Below are positions 54,590 through 63,980 of a DNA stretch of 64,000 nucleotides, one piece after another. The notes beneath the pieces were generated by a model that had not been told where the DNA came from, searched no databases, and saw only the letters and a list, made by a program, of their open reading frames with translations. Numbering within the stretch: the stretch's first letter is position 1; each line of letters begins with the position of its first letter. This DNA is from Candidatus Dojkabacteria bacterium (GTDB taxonomy: Bacteria > Patescibacteriota > Dojkabacteria > SC72 > JAFGCJ01): NCBI GenBank assembly GCA_016932785.1, contig JAFGCJ010000003.1, positions 40,971 through 104,970 of the forward strand, written 5' to 3'. Made by a program: the position numbers and the translations under genes.

Positions 54590-55048
54590 TTAGCTAATTT
54601 CAACAACGCTGTACTCAATGTTCCCTGAGGGTGTCTTAACAATAACCTTATCGCCTACTCTTTTTCCCATTATGGAACTACCCAAGGGTGAAACTTCCGA
54701 TAATCTTCCCTTTGATGGGTTTGCCTCAATTTCCTCCACAAGTTGAAAACTGTGACAAATTCTATGATTCACCAGTTTGACCTGGGATCCGACTATGACC
54801 TTAGATGAACTAACAGAGTGATTGACTGAGGCATTGGTTATTACAGCATTTATCTGAGCCAGTTCATTGATTAAATCGAGTCTTTCCTGACGAAGCTGCC
54901 CAAACGTATAGTCCTCCATGGTACTTTCTCCAAGCGAAGATTCTTGAATAAGGTCTTCCACTTCAATGATCCTATCTTCAATCGACTTCTTTCTAAGTTT
55001 TAACTCATGAAGGCCAGTACTCGTTAAATTGTATTTCTGCTCGGTCAT
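54590..55048 (-). CDS. greA: transcription elongation factor GreA
   Basis: 152 aa. N-terminal coiled coil and C-terminal VSPLGSSIMGKRVGDKVIVKTPSGNIEYSVVEI. Confidence 0.85.
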   Translation of the reverse strand: MTEQKYNLTSTGLHELKLRKKSIEDRIIEVEDLIQESSLGESTMEDYTFGQLRQERLDLINELAQINAVITNASVNHSVSSSKVIVGSQVKLVNHRICHSFQLVEEIEANPSKGRLSEVSPLGSSIMGKRVGDKVIVKTPSGNIEYSVVEIS

Positions 55049-55136
55049 CTTACTTTCGCTAAATTTAATAATTTATTAAGAGCAGCTGTCAGTATGGATA
55101 TTAGACTTAAATATATGACAGCGCTTGATAAGTTTG

Positions 55137-55233
55137 TGACAGAATTATGACAAAAACAGTATTACTAGGTGTTAAATTTTATCAACAATCTAATATATAG
55201 TGACCGGTCTCAAAGATTGACAACAAATTGACA
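55137..55233 (+). repeat. two pairs of TGACA direct repeats at 11-bp phasing
   Basis: TGACAgaattaTGACA (55137..55152) and TTGACAacaaaTTGACA (55217..55233). An additional TGACA lies at 55116. Confidence 0.6.
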
Positions 55234-55252
55234 CAATTCTGCAACATACCAG

Positions 55253-56338
55253 TCAACAACAAATATAAGGCTCTATCTTATTAATTTGGACGCGCTGATT
55301 ATGTAATTCAAAGATCGATCTAATACATGATGATGATCTTTGACTGATCACCTTCTTCGCTGTCACAGGCCCCATCCCGGGCACCCTCAGTAATCTCCAG
55401 TATGAAGCGGTGTTGATATTAACCGGAAAGAACTCCGGATGATTCTGTGCCCAAATAGTCTTCGGATCAACATCGTCAAATAGATTACCATCAGAACCCA
55501 AAGGTATATCTTTTGGCCTAAATCGATAGAATCTCATGAGAAAATCAACCTGATAAAGTCTGTGCTCTCTGGTCAATGAGGCAGGAGGCATATCCTCAAG
55601 AGGAGTACCGTGAACAGGCCGAAACGCCGAATAAAAAACCCTCGACAGCCCAAAATTCTTATACAAAAAAGATGTTGAATTAATAATGTCCCGATCACGC
55701 TCCTCACCGGCTCCAACAACAAACTGGGTAGTTATACTCGGTACCTTTTCCCCAAGTCTTTTTTGTTTCCTTATCTCATCCTTAATCAAAGACATAGTAT
55801 GATAAAAACCGCTTCTGAGATCCTTGCACGGAGAAAGTCGAGTTAGGTCCTCCTCGGTCGGAGCTTCAATATTAAGGGATACACGACTAGCAAGTCGTAT
55901 AGCCTCACTAATACAGCTAGAAGAAGTTCTTGGCATAATCTTTAAATGAAGATAGCCCCTATAACTCATCTTATCACGAAGAATATGTGCTGTATCAAGC
56001 ATTCTGGTCATCGTGGAGTCAGGACTACCATCAAGGCCCGATGATAGAAAAAGTCCATCCACAAGCCGCCTCGAATATGCAGACTCAAAGGCTGTTGCCA
56101 TCTCATCTGATGTAGCAACAGCTCTAGTAGTCGAACGATCCCTACGAAACGCACAGTAATTACAGCTGTTAACACACTCGTTAGTCTGCAAAACCTTGAA
56201 TAACCGGCACACCCTGCTGCCTCCAACTTTGGCGTGATACACACCAGGAATATCGGTAGTTGTACCAAAGTCTTTTGGACCACAAGTGTCATACTGTGCA
56301 CTCGGACCTAAAATTGAAATCTTCTTATACAAATCCAT
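55253..56338 (-). CDS. radical SAM protein with C-terminal helix-hairpin-helix (putative DNA modification/repair family)
   Basis: 361 aa. CVNSCNYCAF (CxxxCxxC). The C-terminus is LLRVPGMGPVTAKKVI (HhH). Confidence 0.7.
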   Translation of the reverse strand: MDLYKKISILGPSAQYDTCGPKDFGTTTDIPGVYHAKVGGSRVCRLFKVLQTNECVNSCNYCAFRRDRSTTRAVATSDEMATAFESAYSRRLVDGLFLSSGLDGSPDSTMTRMLDTAHILRDKMSYRGYLHLKIMPRTSSSCISEAIRLASRVSLNIEAPTEEDLTRLSPCKDLRSGFYHTMSLIKDEIRKQKRLGEKVPSITTQFVVGAGEERDRDIINSTSFLYKNFGLSRVFYSAFRPVHGTPLEDMPPASLTREHRLYQVDFLMRFYRFRPKDIPLGSDGNLFDDVDPKTIWAQNHPEFFPVNINTASYWRLLRVPGMGPVTAKKVISQRSSSCIRSIFELHNQRVQINKIEPYICC

Positions 56339-56460
56339 ACACTCAGCATAACCGAATAAAACCCGAAGTTCAATCCCGACCTAGAAGATTCCGTGCCAAC
56401 AACATGTTTTACATTCCAGAACTACAAGACCTTAAGTATATTTTGTATAATTTGTAGCAA

Positions 56461-57072
56461 ATGGCAGTATCAAAACGAAAAAATAGAATTAAATGCAGAA
56501 GCCTGGGAGTCATTGCCGGAATTATCGCCCTTGCCGCAACCATTATCTCAATTCTTTTCTATGAAGAATTCAGCATCTTTAATGACAATCTAAGTACACT
56601 CGGAAACTACTCCGTCTCCAAGGCCGCACCAATTTTCAACCTGGGATTACTAACCTCATCCATTCTTAATTTTGCATTCATAAAACAAGCAAAAAGCGAC
56701 CTACTCGGAAACCCTAAGCAGACTAAAATCATGAAATTTCTCCTTCTCTCTTCCTCGGTAGGACTTGCTCTAACTGGACTCGTACCAACATCAGACAATT
56801 TATTGCTCAAGAATTCCCATAGACTATTCGGTTACGGCTCAGTGCTGATCTATCTTACCGGAAGCTTGTACTTAGGGTATATATTGTATAAAAAGAGGGA
56901 TAGATTCTTTACAATTCATGCCTTTTGTATACTGGCACCACTAGTTGTTCTTGCCTTCTTCGCAGAGGACAGGTCCAGATGGGGAATTCCTGAAACATCA
57001 GGGCTTATGTCTTTAACAATATGGAACACGGCAGCAACAAGGCGTCTCTACCCAAGACTTCAGACATTATAA
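56461..57072 (+). CDS. hypothetical 6-TM membrane protein (possibly DUF998-like)
   Basis: 203 aa and hydrophobic throughout. The family call is weak. Confidence 0.5.
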   Translation: MAVSKRKNRIKCRSLGVIAGIIALAATIISILFYEEFSIFNDNLSTLGNYSVSKAAPIFNLGLLTSSILNFAFIKQAKSDLLGNPKQTKIMKFLLLSSSVGLALTGLVPTSDNLLLKNSHRLFGYGSVLIYLTGSLYLGYILYKKRDRFFTIHAFCILAPLVVLAFFAEDRSRWGIPETSGLMSLTIWNTAATRRLYPRLQTL

Positions 57073-57094
57073 AAACCCCCAAGGTTACATTACT

Positions 57095-58513
57095 CTAGCA
57101 CTTAACTACCACCACAGGCCTCAATCTTACAACCTTTTTTGCAATCCCAGCACTATCCACGACATCGACTACATTATGTATATCTTTATACGACTCTGGA
57201 GCCTCCTCAATAAATCCTCGAGTCGAGCCAGACACTACGACAATACCTAACTCTCTCATACGTTTCAGTAACTCCTGAGGTTGAACGGTCATTCTTGCCT
57301 TCCGGCGAGACATGCTACGCCCAGCACCGTGACACGTTGAACCAAAAGTCTTCTCCATTGCAGTCTCTTGCCCAACAAGTACATATGAAGATGTTGCCAT
57401 AGTTCCAGGAATTAGGACTGTCTGACCAGGGAAAGAACGAGTTGCGCCCTTTCTGTGAACAATAAGTTTTTTCTTTTTGCCATCAACTTCATACTCCTCT
57501 ATCTTCGCAATGTTGTGAGCAATATCATAAACAAGATTTAATCGGTCACTCCCTCCTCCAAATACCTGGTCCCATGCCTGACGTAACTCCCACATTATAA
57601 ACTGTCTATTACACCAAGCAAAATTAGCACCGGCACACATAGCTCTCCAGTATTGCTGTCCCTCCTCTGAACTCAGCGGCACACAGGCTAACTCCCGATC
57701 CGGCAATTCTATTCCATATTTAGACATCGCTTTCATGTGCAGCCTGACATAGTCAGTCGCTATCTGGTGCCCCAAACCCCTCGACCCTGTATGAATCAAG
57801 GAAACCACCTGATTCTCATAAAGGCCCATTTTCTCAGCGTTCTTATCGTCAAACACCTTATCGACATAGCAAACATCCAGAAAGTGATTACCTGCACCTA
57901 AAGTTCCGAGCTGATCTTTACCCCTTTTTTTGGCATTTAGCGAGACATCTCTAGGATCCGCATCGCTCAGAACCCCGCCGGACTCGGTATGATCAAGATC
58001 ATCCTCAGTAGCATAGCCTTTCTTTACAATCTCCGGAACCCCATTTTTTAATACGTCATCCATATCACTACCCTTAAACGTAATCCTTCCGCCCTTGCCC
58101 ACTCCCGAAGGGACCCATTCAGATATAGCCTGAGCAAGATCCTCAAGTTTATCTTTTACATCATTAAAACTCTTATCTGTCCCAACCAGCCGCACTCCAC
58201 AATTAATATCATAACCTATACCACCCGGTGAAATAACACCATCCTTAATGTCAAAAGCCGCAACACCTCCAACCGGAAATCCATAGCCTTGATGGACATC
58301 AGGCATGGCAAGAGCATATTTTTGTATACCGGGAAGTGTTGTCATATTAACGAGCTGCCACATGGATTTATCACCAAGAACGGAATCTATCATTTCCTCA
58401 GAGGTATACACCTGAGCAGGAACCCTCATGTCCTTCCTAAAGGATTTTGGAATTTCCCACAGCCAATCTTCCATTTTTCTTAAATCTGATCTTTGTGGCA
58501 CTACTTGATCCAT
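57095..58513 (-). CDS. rtcB: RNA 3'-phosphate/5'-OH ligase RtcB
   Basis: 472 aa. MPDVHQGYGFPVG, GYDINCG, GAGNHF, HTGSRGLGHQ, CHGAGR. Confidence 0.93.
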   Translation of the reverse strand: MDQVVPQRSDLRKMEDWLWEIPKSFRKDMRVPAQVYTSEEMIDSVLGDKSMWQLVNMTTLPGIQKYALAMPDVHQGYGFPVGGVAAFDIKDGVISPGGIGYDINCGVRLVGTDKSFNDVKDKLEDLAQAISEWVPSGVGKGGRITFKGSDMDDVLKNGVPEIVKKGYATEDDLDHTESGGVLSDADPRDVSLNAKKRGKDQLGTLGAGNHFLDVCYVDKVFDDKNAEKMGLYENQVVSLIHTGSRGLGHQIATDYVRLHMKAMSKYGIELPDRELACVPLSSEEGQQYWRAMCAGANFAWCNRQFIMWELRQAWDQVFGGGSDRLNLVYDIAHNIAKIEEYEVDGKKKKLIVHRKGATRSFPGQTVLIPGTMATSSYVLVGQETAMEKTFGSTCHGAGRSMSRRKARMTVQPQELLKRMRELGIVVVSGSTRGFIEEAPESYKDIHNVVDVVDSAGIAKKVVRLRPVVVVKC

Positions 58514-58555
58514 GGAATTCGAAATCTGAAATTATTTACGGTGCCCGGAACACGC

Positions 58556-58960
58556 TTATATATCGAAGATTATTTTTGTACTCCATTTACCATCCTTATC
58601 CTGAACGACATCGGCTTCATGATATGTAACTGCTTTTATGTCCTCTGAAAAGGTCTCAATTGGACGACCTGCAAGTACCACCTCTACACGGTTTTCATTC
58701 ATAAATTGGATCTTCTCGACTTCATAGTACTCATTATTAATCTCAGACAACGCCAGTACTTCACTCAAAAAATCTATAAGCAAAGCTGTTAGATCTATTG
58801 AGCCTATGGAAACCGTACGGTTTGTGGACTTATCGCCTTTCTTTTCCGGACCCATAATTTCAACCATTGCATCAAGAGAATCACAAAACAAAGACTCAAG
58901 AGAATCTGCCTCAACAAGGACTTCAACATCAGCGGTGTGTTCAAGGCGTTTGTACGACAT
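58556..58960 (-). CDS. archease (RtcB activator)
   Basis: The ORF track starts at 58993. The likely start is MSYKRLEHTADVEVLVEA... (E-H-T-A-D archease N-terminus). Confidence 0.85.
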   Translation of the reverse strand: MSYKRLEHTADVEVLVEADSLESLFCDSLDAMVEIMGPEKKGDKSTNRTVSIGSIDLTALLIDFLSEVLALSEINNEYYEVEKIQFMNENRVEVVLAGRPIETFSEDIKAVTYHEADVVQDKDGKWSTKIIFDI

Positions 58961-59049
58961 ACTAATACCATGGTAACAGAACGCTGAGCACAATTCTATA
59001 ATGACAGAATAGAATTGACACAGTTACCATCAACGCCTAAACTTTAAAT

Positions 59050-59484
59050 ATGGAAAAACAGGAATCAATCCCAGACCAACCGCAAAAGGAGAAACGGAAA
59101 ATCGACTGGAAAAAGCTTATCAACTACTTTGTCCTCGTTATAATTACCGGTACAACAGTCTATCTTGTTCTTTTCACTAAAATGCAGCTGGACAAAACTG
59201 TCGAGGTTGTAACAGATCCAGAAAAAGCAAGTGAAGTCTGTGCGGACGATGAATGCATAGTGTTTGACGCAAAGTATTCTGAGGGGTGGGTGAACTGGGA
59301 GATCAGTAAGATCGTTCCTCTACTCCGTTTATCAATATCAACGGAAACTGACTACGAAGAAGATGAAAATGTCCAAATAGTTTGCCCGATAGAAACGGAG
59401 AGACCTTCGATGGACTATCTGTTTGATAAATTTCTTTTTGTGTTCGACAAAAAGAATACGAAGAATTGTAGTATAGAAAAATAA
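59050..59484 (+). CDS. hypothetical N-terminally anchored protein
   Basis: 144 aa with one TM helix (YFVLVIITGTTVYLVLF). Confidence 0.5.
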   Translation: MEKQESIPDQPQKEKRKIDWKKLINYFVLVIITGTTVYLVLFTKMQLDKTVEVVTDPEKASEVCADDECIVFDAKYSEGWVNWEISKIVPLLRLSISTETDYEEDENVQIVCPIETERPSMDYLFDKFLFVFDKKNTKNCSIEK

Positions 59485-59523
59485 CCCTCTTCCGGGGATA
59501 AAGAGGGTCACTTTGACACCGTT

Positions 59524-59784
59524 TTACTGCTCCATAAGCTTGCGCAATATTTCTTCTTTATCGACAGTGTCAGGACATAAGACCTCTAGCGCGGCCCTCA
59601 GAGTTTCCTCAACCAGTTTTGCGCCATAGGTCAAAGTAACAGCCCGCTGACCAAGAATTAACATCTTTGGCATCGCCTTGGTGTGATAGTCAACTCTCAG
59701 TTCCCACACCTTCCCCGCCGGGCCGTACATCACGGTAACTTGAGTGCCTGTGACAATTTTCATGTTTCTCACCTCCTCAAGCAC
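59524..59784 (-). CDS. hypothetical small protein
   Basis: 86 aa with no recognisable motif. Confidence 0.4.
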   Translation of the reverse strand: MLEEVRNMKIVTGTQVTVMYGPAGKVWELRVDYHTKAMPKMLILGQRAVTLTYGAKLVEETLRAALEVLCPDTVDKEEILRKLMEQ

Positions 59785-59829
59785 AATAGAATTGAGTTAC
59801 CTGGGCACATTATACCATTATAGAATATA

Positions 59830-60672
59830 CTATACACCCACTGGTTCATACTCGAACCCACTTCTACTCCAAAACCAAAGCGGGGAATGGACATCAATCG
59901 GATCAATCTCGGTCCCTTTAAGAACATCTCTCCAGACAGCCGAAATCTCTTCTCTGCTCAAGTTCTGAGCCTCCTTACTAGAAATAACACCAAGCCTCAC
60001 AGACGACTGAATCACATGAGTATCAGGCGCTATTTCAATGCAACTCCTATTCTTCAGATCCACCTCCCCGTACTCACTCATAATAAATATCCAGTAATTA
60101 AAAATTTTTGGACCTGAGAGATATGGGAGCCCCTTCTTTTGTTTCCCTTGTATCATTTCTTTGAGATTAAGATAATCAGAATCATTCTGGTCTATCATCT
60201 CCGTCAGACTTCCCCATTTTTCGAAAATTGTCCTTGAAACTCTTGACCATGTATCAATATGTTTATTTGGCTGAAGCGCAAGCTTATATTTAGTTAATTT
60301 TTCCCTTAGCGAATCAAGATTCAGATTATTCACAGCAGACAAACTAAATACTTCCCGAGTTTCTTCATCTTCATATGTGGCCTTCGCCGACTCCCACAGC
60401 TTATAGCTGTTTCTCTGATAGTTTAGAGCCATCGGAAGCGTATAGTAGATCCTCTTAGCTTCTAGACTAGTAAACCCCGGGTGTGTATCTTCGGGCATAG
60501 TTGTATCACCAAGTTTTCCTGATTGGTACGCCGTCAACAGATGTCTTACAGAGCACACAATTTTTTCTTCCATAAGCAGATTATAGATAATCAACGGCAA
60601 CTGTTCGAGTCTAGGAATCGAAGGCACAAATAATTTATTCTTCCCAGAACAAAAACCGCACATACCCAACAT
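59830..60672 (-). CDS. hypothetical protein (weak resemblance to HhH-GPD-type DNA glycosylases)
   Basis: 280 aa. LPYLSGPKIFNYWIFIM...IEIAPDTHVIQSSVRLGVI resembles an HhH-GPD core. The resemblance is not secure. Confidence 0.5.
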   Translation of the reverse strand: MLGMCGFCSGKNKLFVPSIPRLEQLPLIIYNLLMEEKIVCSVRHLLTAYQSGKLGDTTMPEDTHPGFTSLEAKRIYYTLPMALNYQRNSYKLWESAKATYEDEETREVFSLSAVNNLNLDSLREKLTKYKLALQPNKHIDTWSRVSRTIFEKWGSLTEMIDQNDSDYLNLKEMIQGKQKKGLPYLSGPKIFNYWIFIMSEYGEVDLKNRSCIEIAPDTHVIQSSVRLGVISSKEAQNLSREEISAVWRDVLKGTEIDPIDVHSPLWFWSRSGFEYEPVGV

Positions 60673-60939
60673 ACCTCAACCTGAAATACCATCGTTAGGA
60701 GAGATCAGATAGCCTCTAGGTCAAAGCAGAGGCTACCTGTCGCCCACGGTATCATAAAACTAACGTTCCTTCCTGGTAATCAGCACATGGGAGGTAATAA
60801 ACCATGTTATCATGGAGACAAAAGCCTAACAGCAAAAAAGTTTGTCATGACACCGTAAGACCTTCTGACATGATATTCTCTTTTGCAAACAGTCAATCAT
60901 GGCTCCGCTAATGCAACAATTTTAGAACTTTTTTTCTAC

Positions 60940-61794
60940 CTAACTCACCAAAAGTACACCGATAATTGCCAAAATCATACCAATAATTTTCCTGCGCAAA
61001 AAGTCCTTCTCTTTCAAAAAAACTATTCCCATCAACACTACCCAGAGAGACTTCGTTTCATAGATAGGATTAACCAAGCTTATTTCTCCGCTTAGCTGAT
61101 AAGCTTTAAATAGAGTGTAATATCCGCCACCAACAAATGCCGAAGACAAAACTATATTCCTTGCCCTTTTATCTACAAAAAAATATTTAAGTTCTTTTGC
61201 CCTCTTATAGAAGTACCCCAATATCAGTATGGAGGGTAGTCCAAAAGATAAAACTTGATAACTTAATGTTGGCAGATAATCAAGCAAATACTTGTCCGTC
61301 ATGTATGCACCAGCATATAAAGCGCCGGATACTAAACCCAAAGTATGATAACCACTCCATCTTTTTACCCCCTTGTAACGAAACGTAACAAATAGCCCTG
61401 CAATCAAAAATAAAACACCAATAAACTTATTCCAAGTTAATGATTCTCCCAAGAATAGTACTGATCCAAACAACACCCATAACGGAGTAGTACTTTCGAG
61501 TAGTGTTATTTCACTTATAGGTACATGCTTCATTGCTGTAAAAAATCCCCACATAGCAAAAGCATACAAAACAGACATTAATAACAACACCAAAATCACA
61601 CTAGGGCTAAACATTTGCACCATAAGTTTGTCTGATATTAAAGCAAATGGTAAAGTTAAAAGGGCAACCAGTATTCCATAAGCTCCTGCAAAAACTCCTC
61701 CGTGGACTTTATCATCGCTCACCACAACCTTCTGGGTGATGTTACCCAAAGCCATTAAAACTGGAGAGGCTAAAGCAAAAAAAAGATAACTCAT
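60940..61794 (-). CDS. EamA/DMT-superfamily transporter
   Basis: 284 aa with 10 TM helices in two halves. Confidence 0.6.
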   Translation of the reverse strand: MSYLFFALASPVLMALGNITQKVVVSDDKVHGGVFAGAYGILVALLTLPFALISDKLMVQMFSPSVILVLLLMSVLYAFAMWGFFTAMKHVPISEITLLESTTPLWVLFGSVLFLGESLTWNKFIGVLFLIAGLFVTFRYKGVKRWSGYHTLGLVSGALYAGAYMTDKYLLDYLPTLSYQVLSFGLPSILILGYFYKRAKELKYFFVDKRARNIVLSSAFVGGGYYTLFKAYQLSGEISLVNPIYETKSLWVVLMGIVFLKEKDFLRRKIIGMILAIIGVLLVS

Positions 61795-61851
61795 AAGAAT
61801 ATTATACCAAGAGGGAAGGATACTTATCTATCGGGGTTGCTACTATCTCTT

Positions 61852-62214
61852 CTAGCCTAGGCTAGAAATTTCTTCTACCTTAACTACAATTGCTCCTTTT
61901 GCAGCAAAGCCTTTATTTTCTTTCATCCCTTTAACATATTCCGCCCATTTCCCACTTGTTTTATATTCTGCTTTGCCAGCAAATTTATATCCTTCTTTCC
62001 AGTCTTTATCCCAAACGCATAAACAAATCCTCGGATCTCGCTGAACGTTCCTATTTGTGACTTTCATAAAGTTATCTGTTATCACAACTTTATCTACACT
62101 AACCACCCTGGCGTAAGCAATAGCAATTACATTGGGACTACCGTCTTTGTTAACGGTCCCTACTGCAACTGCCTCCTTTTCTAGAAGTTTTTTTTGTCTC
62201 TTGTTAATTTCCAC
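61852..62214 (-). CDS. pyridoxamine 5'-phosphate oxidase-like FMN-binding split-barrel protein
   Basis: 120 aa. VAVGTVNKDGSPNVIAIAYARVV...VVITDNFMKVTNRNVQRDPRICL. Confidence 0.65.
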   Translation of the reverse strand: MEINKRQKKLLEKEAVAVGTVNKDGSPNVIAIAYARVVSVDKVVITDNFMKVTNRNVQRDPRICLCVWDKDWKEGYKFAGKAEYKTSGKWAEYVKGMKENKGFAAKGAIVVKVEEISSLG

Positions 62215-62282
62215 TTCCCTGTTTTACCCAAAAAAGAAATTTATTTTATTCATAGAGGGGCGATCCTCGATCTTTTAGTGAA

Positions 62283-62354
62283 ACTCCGCGGGCAGGACTC
62301 GAACCTGCAACCAATCGGTTAACAGCCGATCGCTCTACCATTGAGCTACCGCGG
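62283..62354 (-). tRNA. tRNA-Asn (anticodon GUU), CCA not encoded
   Basis: Minus strand reads TCCGCGG-TA-GCTCAATGGTAGAGC-G-ATCGG-CTGTTAA-CCGAT-TGGTT-GCAGG-TTCGAGT-CCTGC-CCGCGGA-G, a 72-nt cloverleaf. Confidence 0.9.
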
Positions 62355-62483
62355 ATCTCTACAGCGGCCCTTGCCGCCTTTTCGGCACGACAATATTACT
62401 ATATATCAAGCCCTGTGTTAATCCTAACACAAGAGCACTATTCAAATAATCCCGGGAAATAGAAGCCCGATTTAACCCGTAAT

Positions 62484-63980
62484 CTACCTCTTCAGAAATT
62501 TCCGGCGCTCCTCCAAAATCTCACGTCCCCTCTCTGCCACAGCCTTACGGACAAGAGCATTCTTCAGCTCTGAGGCCTTGGTAAATAAGTCATAGGCGTG
62601 AGCCCAACGAACTGCTTTTTCACTAAGACCATACCTTTCGGAGATATCCTCGGGGCTCATATTGTTATAAGCATTTCGCAGGAATTTAATAAGACAAATA
62701 TCTGCAAATTCTCTCCCATGCCACTTCGTAATATCATTGTGGACAACAATATATTCCTCCCAAACACTACGAATACTGAGCGGCCCGCTGTCATCGGTCG
62801 AAATAACTATCCTGGGAAACGTATTGTCATACAGGATACCATCGATCAATGCAGGATTTTTGAGAAGAAACGGGCTTACCGGTTTATGCATAGATCCAAG
62901 AACCCGCGTACTTGTCTGACACAGCGCCATCTCATGACCGGCAGACTCGATCTCCGCTAACATAGGTAAATCCTTCGGCCAATAGGCCATATGTATAAAA
63001 CGAGCATTTTTTATCCTCAATTCATCCAACATTTCCACTACGTAATCAAGTTCCCGATAGCGATTCTGTCCTTTGCATATAAATCGCTTATCTACCATTT
63101 CTTCCAAAAGATGTACGTGAGCAGACGCTCCAAGATTCTTTGCCTCTCTATAGAAGGTCTTTGTGTGATTACCCCTTTTCCGGTCATGCTTCGATCCAAA
63201 GAGCGGATTCTCACTGGCAATATCTACTACATCAACATAGACTCCTATCTTGTTTGAAACCTTACTTTGCTTAAGAGCGGTAACAAGCTCAAGGCTCTTC
63301 AAATATGGATAATCCACATCACTCAGCCACGGATTGTTCTTCTCTGATACATTTTTGGTCAAGAGAAATCTCTTCACAGAAACCCCGATTTCTGTTGGTC
63401 CAAGAATTTGCTCCTTACTAAGAGAATCCTCAACTGCCTGGACAAAGGCGCCAATATTCTTGCTATAAGAAAGGCCCATTTCCTTCCAAACCAAAGGTAC
63501 AATCTCTCTTGAAAATCCAGCATGAATTTTAAGTTCATGTTCTATCTGCGCCCTGGTAAGATCATAAAGAATTTGAGGAGAACTTGCCTCTGCCATTTTC
63601 ATAATATAAAGCCAAGGCAGGAAATGCTTCTTGAAATCGAGTTTCTCTCTTGAATCTCCCCAGGATTCAAGTCTATCCAAAAACTTCAGAATCTCCTCAG
63701 GAGTAACTCCGGTAACATCGTAGAATCTCTTACTCAACTTTGGGTCTTGGTTATAAAGATCACCCGCTCGACGAATAATCCTTGCGAGTTTGGATGTTAT
63801 AGAGGTACCTTCAAAATGACCATGCCCGCAAACCCCCTTGGTTAGCAGAACATTGACAGACGAATCATACGGCAAAGGCTCCTTCTTTTTACCTTTCTTC
63901 ACGACTACGCTTCTGGACTCCAGTGGATAGAGCTTCCAAATCTTCCTTAATTCCCCACGCACTATATCCTCTTTCTTCAC
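62484..63980 (-). CDS. adenosine/AMP-deaminase-like metal-dependent hydrolase (tentative)
   Basis: 498 aa. SAHVHLLE (HxH-like), ARFIHMAYW, SAGHEMALCQTS, VISTDDSGPL (TDDP-like) are spaced as in the amidohydrolase/ADA family. Aligned by eye only. Confidence 0.45.
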   Translation of the reverse strand: MKKEDIVRGELRKIWKLYPLESRSVVVKKGKKKEPLPYDSSVNVLLTKGVCGHGHFEGTSITSKLARIIRRAGDLYNQDPKLSKRFYDVTGVTPEEILKFLDRLESWGDSREKLDFKKHFLPWLYIMKMAEASSPQILYDLTRAQIEHELKIHAGFSREIVPLVWKEMGLSYSKNIGAFVQAVEDSLSKEQILGPTEIGVSVKRFLLTKNVSEKNNPWLSDVDYPYLKSLELVTALKQSKVSNKIGVYVDVVDIASENPLFGSKHDRKRGNHTKTFYREAKNLGASAHVHLLEEMVDKRFICKGQNRYRELDYVVEMLDELRIKNARFIHMAYWPKDLPMLAEIESAGHEMALCQTSTRVLGSMHKPVSPFLLKNPALIDGILYDNTFPRIVISTDDSGPLSIRSVWEEYIVVHNDITKWHGREFADICLIKFLRNAYNNMSPEDISERYGLSEKAVRWAHAYDLFTKASELKNALVRKAVAERGREILEERRKFLKR

